From Gemmatimonadaceae bacterium (GTDB taxonomy: Bacteria > Gemmatimonadota > Gemmatimonadetes > Gemmatimonadales > Gemmatimonadaceae): DNA of 64,000 nucleotides. The stretch lies in the NCBI GenBank assembly GCA_036392515.1, contig DASVXU010000144.1:20385-84384 (forward strand), in the 5' to 3' direction. Shown here one piece after another: positions 36,760 to 45,860 of this stretch; within the stretch, counting starts at the first letter, position 1; the number at the start of each line of letters is the position of its first letter. The notes under the pieces were generated by a model that ran no database searches, was not told the DNA's origin, and was given only the letters and a program-made list of their open reading frames with translations. Both the position numbers and the translations under genes were made by a program.

Positions 36760-37138
36760 TGCCCGTTCCGAGGAAGCGCTGCACCTCGGCCACGACCGCG
36801 CGCGGCTCGCAGGGCTTCGCGAGATAGCCGTCGCAGCCGACCTCCATCGCCTTCTCCCGGTCCGACGCGAGCGCGTGCGCCGTCAGCGCGATGATCGGGA
36901 TCGACCGCGTCTGCGGATCGTGCTTCAGCACCTGCGTCGCCTCCCAGCCGTCGATGATCGGGATGGAGATGTCCATCAGGATCAGGTCGGGGTGCTCGCT
37001 GCGCGCCTTCGAGATCCCCTCCTCGCCGTTCAACGCCTCCGTCACCTTGTAGCCGAAATGGCGGAGAATCGTGGAATAGACGATGCGGTTGTCCTCATTG
37101 TCCTCGACGAGGAGAACGGTCTTCCCATTGGGCGTCAT
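36749..37138 (-). CDS. Single-domain response regulator (CheY-like)
   Basis: ORF trimmed to MTPNGKTVLLVEDNEDN. It has the phospho-acceptor context LILMDISIP, plus ALTAHA and YLAKP. Confidence 0.88.
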   Translation of the reverse strand: MTPNGKTVLLVEDNEDNRIVYSTILRHFGYKVTEALNGEEGISKARSEHPDLILMDISIPIIDGWEATQVLKHDPQTRSIPIIALTAHALASDREKAMEVGCDGYLAKPCEPRAVVAEVQRFLGTGNAA

Positions 37139-37344
37139 GCCAGTCCTCGCGCTGCTCGCGCGCGAGGAGGACGCCTCCCCGCCTGGCTCCGCGAGTGCAG
37201 CAGTGTCGTGTGAGTTCACAGTTGGGTTCCGGGTTGACCGGAGCATACGCGAAAACGTCGCCCGGGAGCTGAGCCGGGGACGCCGAAACGACGAACGACC
37301 TCCCACAAGCAAGATTCTTACCACCCAGAAGAGACCCCCGTCCG

Positions 37345-37797
37345 ATGTCCTACGCACCGAATCCGACCCGTATCCGGTCCGCAACCCGGGAACCCGCCGG
37401 CACCCGAGCCGGGGGACGTGACCGTCTCGCCGCCGCGGACTCGCGCGGGACGCGCGGCCAGCGGGGCTCCGCCCCGTCCGTAGGAACCCGCGCGAGCGCG
37501 CGAGGGAAGCCCTATGACGAGGCGCGCGACTGGGGGAAGATCGCGCTGGTCGCGGGCGGGATCGCCGCCGGGGCCGCGATCGGGGCCGGGCTCGCGCTCC
37601 TCTTCACCGACGAGACCGGGCCGGAGCGGCGCGCCGGCATCGCCAGACGCGCCCGCCGCTTCGGGCATGACGCCGAGCAGCGCTGGGAAGACCTCGCCTT
37701 CGAGCTGAAGGAGGCCGCCCGCACCGCGCGCGACAAGCTCCGCCTCCACCGCGCCCGCAAGCAGGCCGCGGACGACGAGACCGAAGCCGACGACTGA
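37345..37797 (+). CDS. YtxH-like membrane-anchored protein (start uncertain)
   Basis: The TM/Gly-zipper segment is GKIALVAGGIAAGAAIGAGLALLFTDETGPERR, followed by charged helices. The first 50 codons or so are RG-rich and may not be translated. Confidence 0.5.
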   Translation: MSYAPNPTRIRSATREPAGTRAGGRDRLAAADSRGTRGQRGSAPSVGTRASARGKPYDEARDWGKIALVAGGIAAGAAIGAGLALLFTDETGPERRAGIARRARRFGHDAEQRWEDLAFELKEAARTARDKLRLHRARKQAADDETEADD

Positions 37798-37799
37798 CT

Positions 37800-37888
37800 C
37801 CCGGGAGTCCGGGAGTCGGGGAGTACGGGAGTACGCAACTGCCACATGGCCGTGCCGTACTCCCGTACTCCCGTAGCCTTTACTCCCC
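37800..37888. repeat. Long hairpin element, type C copy 2
   Basis: gggagtccgggagtcggggagtacgggagtacgcaactgcc pairs with ggccgtgccgtactcccgtactcccgtagcctttactcccc. The right arm supplies the codons GE plus the TAA stop of gene 37880..38665. Confidence 0.85.
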
Positions 37889-38665
37889 CTTGTTCATGTC
37901 CTTCGCCGCCCGCTCCTTGTAGAAGCGGTCGTTGTAGTCCGTCGCTGGCAGGCTGAGCACCTTCTGGAACTCCTCGCGCGCTCTGGCTTTGTCATCGGTG
38001 TCGCGGTAAATCTCCGCGAGATCGATGTGGTGCGAGATGCGCGCCGGCTCGACGGCGACCGCCTGCTCCATGTACTTCACCGCGTTGCCCCAGCTCGCCG
38101 AGCCGAACACCTGACCACCGAGAATATTCTTCGCGATCCAGCGCGTGGGGCCGTTCAGCCGCATGACCTCCGCGTTCCACATCCCCATCACGTGCAGCGC
38201 ACCAGGGTGCTTGGGGTCCGCCTTCAGCGCGTCGAGCGCATGCTGGCGAACTTCGGTGGCGTACTTCACGCGATCGCGCGGACCGAGCGTCAGCGCCCGC
38301 CGGCCGAGCGCGCGGGCCAGCTGGAAGTGCCCCTCCGCCCCCTGCGCGTCCACCTCGAGCGCGCGCCGCGCGTACTGCTCTCCCTTCGCGAAGAGAGCCT
38401 CGCGCGTGTCCTTGTTCCCCTCGAACTCGCCGACGTCCACCGCGTCGCGCGACGCGCGGTTCAACGCGTCATAGTTCTTCGGGTCCGCGGCGATCGCCGC
38501 CTCGTAGTGCTTGAGCGCGGCCGCGGGGTTCATCGCCGCGTGCAGCGAGTCGCCCATCGCGATGTGCTGGGCCGCGGTCTGCGCCCCCGCGGGGAGCGCC
38601 GCGACGACGGTCGCGAAGGCCAGCGGAAGCAGGTGACGGGACAGGGGACGGGTGACGTTCGGCAT
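37880..38665 (-). CDS. Secreted all-helical TPR-like protein, function unknown
   Basis: ORF trimmed to MPNVTRPLSRHLLPLAFATVVAALPAGAQT (signal peptide). There are repeated helical pairs (ALKHYEAAIAADPKNYDAL...). Confidence 0.6.
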   Translation of the reverse strand: MPNVTRPLSRHLLPLAFATVVAALPAGAQTAAQHIAMGDSLHAAMNPAAALKHYEAAIAADPKNYDALNRASRDAVDVGEFEGNKDTREALFAKGEQYARRALEVDAQGAEGHFQLARALGRRALTLGPRDRVKYATEVRQHALDALKADPKHPGALHVMGMWNAEVMRLNGPTRWIAKNILGGQVFGSASWGNAVKYMEQAVAVEPARISHHIDLAEIYRDTDDKARAREEFQKVLSLPATDYNDRFYKERAAKDMNKGE

Positions 38666-38784
38666 GCGAGCCTCGGGGGGACGCAGGAAGCGCGTGTGAT
38701 TGCTGCGACGGGATGGGCCGCGAAGCTTCGCGGCACGGCCGGGTTCGGCCGCCGTCATCATAGGTCTACCCCGGAGCGCGGTCA

Positions 38785-40119
38785 ATGTTGGCGCAGCGCC
38801 TGATCGAGCGGAAACGCGACGGGGGGCGAATCGAGGCGGGGGAGTGGCGCGCCCTCATGAACGCGTACGCCGCCAGCCACATCCCCGACTATCAGATGGC
38901 CGCGCTCGCGATGGCCATCTTCATTCGCGGCCTCGATCGCGAGGAGACGAGCGCCCTCACCGACGCGATGCTCCGCAGCGGTGCCGCGCTCGACTTCTCC
39001 TCCCTCGGCATGCCGTGCGTCGACAAGCATTCGACGGGCGGCGTCGGCGACAAGGTCTCGCTCGTCCTCGCGCCCCTCGTCGCCGCCTGCGGCGTCGCGG
39101 TTCCGATGATGTCGGGCCGCGGGCTCGGGCACACCGGCGGGACGCTCGACAAGCTCGAGTCGATCGCCGGCTTCCGCACCGACCTCTCCCTCGACGAAGC
39201 GAAGGAGCAGGTCGAGCGCATCGGCTGCGCGCTCATCGGACAGACGGGCGAGATCGCGCCCGCGGACCGCAAGCTCTACGCGCTGCGCGACGCCACCGCT
39301 ACCGTCGAGTCGATCCCCCTCATCTCGGCGAGCATCATGAGCAAGAAGCTCGCGGAGGGGCTCACGGGGCTCGTGCTCGACGTGAAGCGCGGCTCGGGCG
39401 CCTTCCTCCCCGAGCTCGAGCGCGGGCTCGACCTCGCGCGGACGATGATCGAGCTCGGCGCCGACCGCGGCTGCCCCACCGTCGCGCTGGTCACGGCGAT
39501 GGACCGGCCGTTAGGCAGGGCGTGCGGCAACGCCCTCGAGGTCGAGGAGTCGATGCTCGCGCTCAAGGGTGACGGTCCCCCTGACCTCATGGAGGTCACC
39601 TACGCCCTCGGCGCCGAGATGCTCGTCCTCGGCGGCGTCGCGGCGGACATCGACTCGGCGCGCCGCGAGCTCGAGAAGGCGATCGGCACCGGCCGCGCCG
39701 CGGAGAAGATGCAGGAGATAATAGAGGCGCAGGGCGGCAACCCCGGCGTGGTGGACGACCCGGCCGTGCTCCCGCAAGCGTCCCACGTCGAGCTCTTCAC
39801 CGCGCCCCGCCGCGGCTTCGTGGCCAGGGTCGAGCCGCGCGCGATCGGGCGCGGCATCATCGCACTGGGAGGCGGACGCACGAAGATCGAAGACGTCGTG
39901 GATCCCAGCGTCGGCTTCGTCATCACCGCGAAGCCGGGCGACTGGGTCGAGGTCGGGGAGCCCCTCGCGACCGTCTTCGCCAGCGACCGCGCCGGGGTCG
40001 AGTCGGGCCGCTCCACCCTCCGCAGCGCCATCGTCATCGCCGACGAAGCCGACCCGCCGCTGCCTCTGGTCTCGCACCGGGTGACGCAGGCGGGGGTCGA
40101 GCTGTACCAGCAAGACTAG
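38785..40119 (+). CDS. deoA: Thymidine (pyrimidine-nucleoside) phosphorylase
   Basis: 444 aa with DKHSTGGVGDK, MSGRGLGHTGGT and SIMSKK motifs. Confidence 0.93.
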   Translation: MLAQRLIERKRDGGRIEAGEWRALMNAYAASHIPDYQMAALAMAIFIRGLDREETSALTDAMLRSGAALDFSSLGMPCVDKHSTGGVGDKVSLVLAPLVAACGVAVPMMSGRGLGHTGGTLDKLESIAGFRTDLSLDEAKEQVERIGCALIGQTGEIAPADRKLYALRDATATVESIPLISASIMSKKLAEGLTGLVLDVKRGSGAFLPELERGLDLARTMIELGADRGCPTVALVTAMDRPLGRACGNALEVEESMLALKGDGPPDLMEVTYALGAEMLVLGGVAADIDSARRELEKAIGTGRAAEKMQEIIEAQGGNPGVVDDPAVLPQASHVELFTAPRRGFVARVEPRAIGRGIIALGGGRTKIEDVVDPSVGFVITAKPGDWVEVGEPLATVFASDRAGVESGRSTLRSAIVIADEADPPLPLVSHRVTQAGVELYQQD

Positions 40120-40129
40120 AAAAAAATCC

Positions 40130-40182
40130 TTGACAGGCCGGCGGACATGCTAAATACTTAGCATAGTGCTAATTTTTTAGCA
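40130..40182 (+). promoter_or_regulatory. Sigma70-type promoter with two BlaI-type operator dyads
   Basis: TTGACA (40130-40135), a 16-17 nt spacer, then TAAATACT. There are two dyads of the form TGCTAA-N4-TTAGCA: ATGCTAAatacTTAGCAT (40147-40164) and GTGCTAAttttTTAGCAG (40166-40183). They are about 19 bp apart and lie just upstream of the blaI-like gene. Confidence 0.75.
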
Positions 40183-40204
40183 GTCCAACCTGTCCGAGGG
40201 TCGC

Positions 40205-40588
40205 ATGAACGCACTTCCGGAGCTCAGTCGGCGCGAGCGGCAGATCATGAGCGTGATCCACCGCCTCGGCCGCGCTACCGCCGCCGACGTCCTCGCCGAG
40301 CTGCAGGACCCGCCCAGCTACTCCGCGGTGCGCGCGATGTTGCGCATCCTCGAGGAGAAGGGCCAGCTGAAGCACGAGCAGGACGGACCCCGCTACGTCT
40401 ATTCCGCGACCGTTCCCGTCGATCGCGCGGGACGCTCGGCCCTCCGCGACGTCGTCGCCACCTTCTTCGCCGGCTCGGCGGAAGAGGCGGTCGCGACGCT
40501 GATCGACATGAACGAACGGAAGCTCACCGGCGAGGAGCTCGATCGCCTCGCCCGGCTCATCGACCGCGCTCGCGAGGAGGGACGCTGA
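40205..40588 (+). CDS. BlaI/MecI/CopY-family transcriptional repressor
   Basis: 127 aa with a winged-helix N-terminus (LSRRERQIMSVIHRLGRATAADVLAEL). It is typically paired with the following M56 sensor. Confidence 0.9.
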   Translation: MNALPELSRRERQIMSVIHRLGRATAADVLAELQDPPSYSAVRAMLRILEEKGQLKHEQDGPRYVYSATVPVDRAGRSALRDVVATFFAGSAEEAVATLIDMNERKLTGEELDRLARLIDRAREEGR

Positions 40589-40589
40589 C

Positions 40590-43148
40590 ATGTCGAGGAT
40601 CATCGGATTCGCCGGACTGCTGACGTCGTCCTCCCTCGCCTCGACCGCGCTCGACGTCGCGATCAAGGTGGCGGTGCTGCTCGCGCTCGCCGTCGTCGTC
40701 ACGCGCGCGCTGCGCGGTGCGCCGGCGGCGCTTCGTCACTCGATCTGGAGCGCCGCGATCGGTGCCGCGCTGCTCGTTCCGCTCTTCGCGGTCGCCCTCC
40801 CCACGTGGCATCTGCCGATCCCCGGGGCCGACGCCGCGCGTGCGCTGGCCGGCCGCGTCTCGCGCGCCGTGGAGAACGCTCCCGCGCCGGGCGAGCTCTC
40901 GGTCACTCGTGGCCCCGCGACCATCGCGCCCGAAGGCGCGGTGAAGGCGAAGGTACGGGTCGAGGGCGCGACGGATGATTCCCCGACGCTCGCCGCTGCC
41001 GCCGCCGCGGCGTCCGATCCGCCCACGACGGGACGGGTCCACGTGACCGTCGAGTCGCAGCGCGATCGGCTCCCGCTGATGCTCTTCTCCATCTGGGCGG
41101 TCGGCTTCGTCGTCGCGATCGTCCCGCTCTTCATCGGGGCGCTGCAGCTTCGCACGATCGGACGCCGCTCGCGCGACATCGAGAGCGACGCGCTCGACGA
41201 TTTCGCCTCGCGCCTCGCCCGCTCGCTCGGCGTGCGTCGAGTCGTGCGTGTCGTCGAGGGGAGCGGCGGCGAGACGCCGATGACCTGGGGCGTGCTTCAC
41301 CCCGTCGTGCTCGTGCCGCGCGGCTTCGCGGAGTGGCCCGAGTCGCGGCAGCGCGACGTCCTCCTGCACGAGCTCGCGCACGTCGCGCGCTACGACTGCC
41401 TGACGCAGCATCTCGCGCGGGTCGTCTGCGCGCTGCACTGGTACAACCCGCTCGCCTGGATCGCGTCGCGCCGGCTCCGGATCGAGCGCGAGCGTGCCTG
41501 CGACGACCGCGTCCTCCTCGCCGGAGCGCGCGCCTCGGAGTACGCGGACCACATCCTCACCATCGCGCGCACGCTGCGCACCCCCGGTGTGGCCGGCGCC
41601 GCTGCGCTCGCGATGGCGCGGCCCTCGCACCTCGAGGGAAGACTGCTCGCGCTGCTCGACGGCCGGCGCTCGCGCGGCGTGCTGACGCGCCGCCACGCGG
41701 CGGGGATCGGCACGGGCGCACTCGTCGTCGCCGCGGTGCTCGCGACGCTCTCGCCCTGGAGCGCGCGGCGTGCCGACGCGAGCGAGGCGAACGCGCCGCG
41801 CGCCTTCCCACCGGACGTCTATGCCGAGCGCTCGGACACCGACACCGTGCGCGCCACGCCGCGGACGGCGTCGCATGACAGCTCGCGTTCGACCACGCGC
41901 GGCACGCGCGTCGAGACGCTCGATGGCGTGCGCACCGAGGTCGTGAACGGGAAGGCCATCACCTACGGCCCCGGGAGCGAGATCGTCGTCAACACCGAGG
42001 GCGCCAGGTCCGACAAGCCGAGCGAGTTCCGCCTCCCCGGCTGCACCCTCGCCGGGCGTAGATCCTCTTCGGCCACCGTATCCGAGAACGACTCGCACAT
42101 GAAAGCGAGCGTGAAGAACGGCGACTGCGAGATCACCCTCGAGCGTGAGGGGGACATCCGATTCAACGCGAGCTTCACCGACATCGCCGCCGTCGACGCC
42201 GACGGCTGGGTCTCGATCTACGACAAGGGTGGCTCGACGACGCACAAGCTCCGCATCGTCTCCGACAACGGCACGCTCTCGCGCACCTGGTACGTCGACG
42301 GCACCCAGCGCCCGTACGACGCGGACGCGGCGCGCTGGCTCGCGAACGCACTGCAGGAGCTCGACCGCTACACGAACTTCTCGAACGGCGCGCGGATGTC
42401 CGTCATCTACAAGGAGCGCGGAGCCAACGGCGTGCTCGACGAGGTCGCGAAGACGGAGAGCGACTACGGCATGCGCTCCGACATGGAGCGTCTGCTCAAG
42501 CTCACGAAGCTCGATCAGGCGCAGACCGAGCGCGTCCTCGGCTTCGCCCGGAACGACATCAGCGGAGACTACGACAAGTCGCAGCTCCTGCAGCTTCTCC
42601 TCAAGCAGGGGCTCATCACCCCCGCGCTGCAGCCGAAGTTCATCGCGGCGGCGGGGACGATCAGCGGCGACTACGAACGCCGTCAGGTGCTCACGGCGCT
42701 CGTGCAGAGCGGGAAGCTCGGCGTCGAGTCGCAGAACGCCGTGCTCGAGGCGGCCCGCGGCATCAGCGGGGACTACGACATGCGCGAGCTGCTGCTCGAG
42801 GTCGTGAAGGCTCAGGGCCTCTCGAAGGCGACGGCGCCGGCGTTCCTCTCGGCCGCCGGACGCATCAGCTCCGACTACGACATGCGGACGCTGCTCGTGA
42901 CGGTGATGGACGCGCAGCAGAACCTCGATCCATCCATCATCGACAGCTTCCTCGAGCTCGGCGCGAAGCGCATCGACTCGGACTACGACAAGGCGGAGTT
43001 CTTCATCGCCGCCGCGCGTAGCGGCCCGAACACCGAGGCGTCGCGCGAGCGCGTCGCGAAGGCCGCCGAGTCGATCTCGTCGGAGTCGGATTACGGGCGC
43101 GTGCTCTCCTCTCTCCGCAAGCTGAAGAACTCGAGCGGCGGTCGCTGA
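40590..43148 (+). CDS. BlaR1-like M56 peptidase sensor with a large novel extracytoplasmic region
   Basis: It has N-terminal TM helices and the zinc motif HELAHVARYD. The C-terminal region of about 500 aa ends in 6-7 repeats of about 34 aa built around IS(G/S)DY(D/E). Confidence 0.85.
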   Translation: MSRIIGFAGLLTSSSLASTALDVAIKVAVLLALAVVVTRALRGAPAALRHSIWSAAIGAALLVPLFAVALPTWHLPIPGADAARALAGRVSRAVENAPAPGELSVTRGPATIAPEGAVKAKVRVEGATDDSPTLAAAAAAASDPPTTGRVHVTVESQRDRLPLMLFSIWAVGFVVAIVPLFIGALQLRTIGRRSRDIESDALDDFASRLARSLGVRRVVRVVEGSGGETPMTWGVLHPVVLVPRGFAEWPESRQRDVLLHELAHVARYDCLTQHLARVVCALHWYNPLAWIASRRLRIERERACDDRVLLAGARASEYADHILTIARTLRTPGVAGAAALAMARPSHLEGRLLALLDGRRSRGVLTRRHAAGIGTGALVVAAVLATLSPWSARRADASEANAPRAFPPDVYAERSDTDTVRATPRTASHDSSRSTTRGTRVETLDGVRTEVVNGKAITYGPGSEIVVNTEGARSDKPSEFRLPGCTLAGRRSSSATVSENDSHMKASVKNGDCEITLEREGDIRFNASFTDIAAVDADGWVSIYDKGGSTTHKLRIVSDNGTLSRTWYVDGTQRPYDADAARWLANALQELDRYTNFSNGARMSVIYKERGANGVLDEVAKTESDYGMRSDMERLLKLTKLDQAQTERVLGFARNDISGDYDKSQLLQLLLKQGLITPALQPKFIAAAGTISGDYERRQVLTALVQSGKLGVESQNAVLEAARGISGDYDMRELLLEVVKAQGLSKATAPAFLSAAGRISSDYDMRTLLVTVMDAQQNLDPSIIDSFLELGAKRIDSDYDKAEFFIAAARSGPNTEASRERVAKAAESISSESDYGRVLSSLRKLKNSSGGR
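42451..43135 (+). repeat. Coding array of repeats of about 34 aa (ISGDYD-type) in the BlaR1-like protein
   Basis: The units begin ESDYGMR, ISGDYDKS, ISGDYERR, ISGDYDMR, ISSDYDMR, IDSDYDKA and SSESDYGR. They recur every 34-37 residues, each followed by L/V-rich helices and an AA(G/A/R) turn. Confidence 0.7.
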
Positions 43149-43162
43149 CCGCGGAGTCTCAC

Positions 43163-45784
43163 ATGTCGCACCCCACGGCGGCGCGGTCCTTCTGGACCGC
43201 GCCGCGGGCGGAGCCTCGCGCCATGCTCGCCCTGGTCCCGCTCCTCCTCGTCGCCACCACCGTCGGCGCGCAGCCGGTCGTGAAGCGAATGTCCGCCGTC
43301 CGCGTTCCCGCCGGGTCCATCGTCCTCGATGGCCGCCTCGACGAGAGCGTCTGGCGAACCGCGACCGCGACCACCGACTTCGTGCAGAAGCAGCCGCACG
43401 AGGGCGCGCTCCCCACCGAGCGCACGGAGGTCCGCATCGCCTACGACGACGCGGCGCTTTACGTCGGCGCACGGATGTACGCGAAGGATCCCTCGCTCAT
43501 CCAGGCGCCCGTCGGTCGGCGCGATAACATCCGCCAGATGGAGCACCTCGTCGTTTCCCTCGACACGTATCACGATCGGCGCACCGCCTACAGCTTCGCG
43601 ATCACCGCCAGCGGAGTGCGCGGCGACTGGTACCACCCGAGCGACGACGAGGGGGACATGGACATGTCCTTCGATCCCGTCTGGGACGGACGCGCGCAGC
43701 GTGACTCGCTAGGCTGGACCGCGGAGATGCGCATCCCGTTCAACCAGCTCCGCTTCAACGCCGCCGACGTGCAGAGCTGGGGGGTCAACGTCGACCGATG
43801 GATCCCCTCGACGAAGGAAGACATCTTCTGGATCCCGGTACCGAGCAGCGTCACCGCGTGGTCGTCGCGCATGGGGACCCTCGACGGGATCAGCGGCATC
43901 CAGCCCTCGCGTCGCGTCGAGCTGCTGCCGTACGTCGCGAGCGACGCGCGCCACGCCTCCGACCGCGACCTCCGCAACCCCTTCGACGACGGCCGCAACC
44001 TCGGTGCGCGCGTCGGCGGCGACGTGAAGCTCGGGCTGGGCCCGAGCCTTACGCTGCAGGCGACGGTCAATCCCGACTTCGGCCAGGTCGAGGCCGACCC
44101 GTCGGTGGTGAACCTCTCGGCCTACGAGCTGTTCTACGCCGACAAGCGGCCCTTCTTCACCGAGGGATCACAGTACCTGAGAGGAGGCGGAGCGACCTAC
44201 TTCTTCTCGAAGCGGATCGGCGGGCCACCGCGCTCCGCGCTTCTCCCGCGGGCCGACTACGTCGACGCACCGCCCGCGACGACCATCCTCGGCGCGGCGA
44301 AGCTCATCGGTCGGATCGGGAGCGGGCTCTCGATCGGCGCCCTCGCCGCCGCGACCGATCGCGAGGTCGCGGACGGACTGCTCCTCGCCGACAGTGCCGC
44401 GGGTCTTCCCCCGCGCCGCCTCCGCGCGACGGTGCAGCCGCGCGCGAACTACGGTGTGGTGAGGGTCGAGCAGCAGTTCGGCGCCTCGGGCTCGACCATC
44501 GGTGCGATCGTCACCGGCGTGGATCGCGCGATGGGGGATGGGGATCTCCTCGCGACAGTGCTTCCGCGCTCGGCGCTCGCCGGCGCGATCGACTGGAACG
44601 TTCGCCTGCGCGGTGGCGAGTACCGGATCAGCGGAAACGTCGGCGGGAGCCGCGTTGCCGGCGACAGCGGCGCCATCCTCGCGCTCCAGCGAAGCTCCGC
44701 GCGGTACTATCAGCGCCCCGACGCGGGATATCTGCGCGTCGACTCCGGCCGGACGTCGCTCGCCGGCACCGACGCGAGCCTCGGCGTCGAGCGTGTGAAC
44801 GGCCGGCACTGGGTCGGCGGCGTCTTCGTCGGCGCCCGCTCGCCGGGCTTCGAGATCAACGACGCGGGCGCCATGAGCCGCGCCGACCGCAAGTTCGTGG
44901 ATGGCATCCTTTCGTACCGGGAGCGGAAGCCTAACGCGTACTTCCAGAACTACCAGATCACCCTCGAGCCGTTCGCGCAGGTGGACTACGGCGACGTCCG
45001 CAACGCGTCGTTCATCCGCTCCGATGCGCAGCTCACCTGGAAGAACTTCTGGTACACCAATCTCACCGCGTGGCAGGACTTCCCGGGGCAGAGCAACGAG
45101 CTGACGCGCGGCGGGCCGTACATGGAGACGGGCTACTATCGCGTCGGCATCGTGGAGGTCGGCAACAGCTTCGCCTCGCCGACGCGCTGGAGCGGGCGCG
45201 TGTACTACGGGCGCACCACCCTCGGCGAGAAGACGCAGCGATTCAGCGGCAGCTTCGGGCTCCGTCCCGGACCACGGTGGCAGCTGACGATCACTCCCAA
45301 CTATCTCACCTCGCGCGACCCGCGGCAGTACGTGGGTACGAAGATCGGGACCGGCCCCGCCGCGACGTACGGCAACTCCTACCGGTTCGCGACCGTCGAC
45401 TTCCGGGAGTTCACCCTCAGCGGACGGCTCAACTACGCGTTCGGCCCCGATCTCACCCTCGAGACCTTCGCTGAGCCGTACGCGGCGAGCGGCAGCTTCG
45501 CCGGTCTCGGTCAGCTCGTGCGTCCGCGGAGCCACGAGACGGAGGGAATTCCCGGAGACGCGAGCTCGCTCGACTTCAACGAGCGATCCCTCCGCACGAA
45601 CGCGGTGCTTCGCTGGGAGTGGCGACCCGGGAGCCTCTTTTACGCCGTCTGGCAGCGAAGCGGCAGCCGCTCGATGGATCGGTACCGCCCGGTCGATCCG
45701 ACCGATGCGTTCGGGGCGTTTGGTGGCCGCTTTACCAACTTCTTCGCGCTGAAGCTGAGTCTCTGGGTCCCGCTGGGCGGCTAG
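43163..45784 (+). CDS. CBM9-like / DUF5916-type outer-membrane-associated protein
   Basis: There is a signal region (alternative start MLALVPLLLVATTVGAQP at 23 codons in). The N-terminal domain is VPAGSIVLDGRLDESVW...TEVRIAYDDAALYVGARMY...LDTYHDRRTAYSF, followed by a long beta-rich body ending FALKLSLWVPLGG. Confidence 0.7.
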   Translation: MSHPTAARSFWTAPRAEPRAMLALVPLLLVATTVGAQPVVKRMSAVRVPAGSIVLDGRLDESVWRTATATTDFVQKQPHEGALPTERTEVRIAYDDAALYVGARMYAKDPSLIQAPVGRRDNIRQMEHLVVSLDTYHDRRTAYSFAITASGVRGDWYHPSDDEGDMDMSFDPVWDGRAQRDSLGWTAEMRIPFNQLRFNAADVQSWGVNVDRWIPSTKEDIFWIPVPSSVTAWSSRMGTLDGISGIQPSRRVELLPYVASDARHASDRDLRNPFDDGRNLGARVGGDVKLGLGPSLTLQATVNPDFGQVEADPSVVNLSAYELFYADKRPFFTEGSQYLRGGGATYFFSKRIGGPPRSALLPRADYVDAPPATTILGAAKLIGRIGSGLSIGALAAATDREVADGLLLADSAAGLPPRRLRATVQPRANYGVVRVEQQFGASGSTIGAIVTGVDRAMGDGDLLATVLPRSALAGAIDWNVRLRGGEYRISGNVGGSRVAGDSGAILALQRSSARYYQRPDAGYLRVDSGRTSLAGTDASLGVERVNGRHWVGGVFVGARSPGFEINDAGAMSRADRKFVDGILSYRERKPNAYFQNYQITLEPFAQVDYGDVRNASFIRSDAQLTWKNFWYTNLTAWQDFPGQSNELTRGGPYMETGYYRVGIVEVGNSFASPTRWSGRVYYGRTTLGEKTQRFSGSFGLRPGPRWQLTITPNYLTSRDPRQYVGTKIGTGPAATYGNSYRFATVDFREFTLSGRLNYAFGPDLTLETFAEPYAASGSFAGLGQLVRPRSHETEGIPGDASSLDFNERSLRTNAVLRWEWRPGSLFYAVWQRSGSRSMDRYRPVDPTDAFGAFGGRFTNFFALKLSLWVPLGG

Positions 45785-45860
45785 CGTGCATCGTGCAGGG
45801 AACGTTCGGGCGTCGCGCCGCGTAGAGGCGACGCCCCCGCTTCCCTGGAGAGCAGCACCC

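Noticed and set aside
5199-37888. Whether the GA-rich, GTACGG or GGGGTC repeat blocks are CRISPR arrays.
   Set aside because: There are no regularly spaced identical repeats separated by unique spacers. Each block is a single self-complementary hairpin made of short degenerate words, and no cas genes are present.
10531-43472. Other very long shadow ORFs: 10531..12735(+), 15554..17410(-), 18525..19769(-), 19730..22099(-), 26635..29097(+), 32636..35050(+), 40557..43472(-), 44168..45862(-), 49460..51334(+) and 56865..58682(-).
   Set aside because: Each lies opposite or out of frame to a gene with clear family signatures (HerA, Mre11, Rad50, FadD, LigA, BlaR1-like, GyrB, MtnA and others). Each also has the Arg/Gly/Pro/Ala-rich, low-information composition expected of non-coding frames in DNA of about 70% GC.
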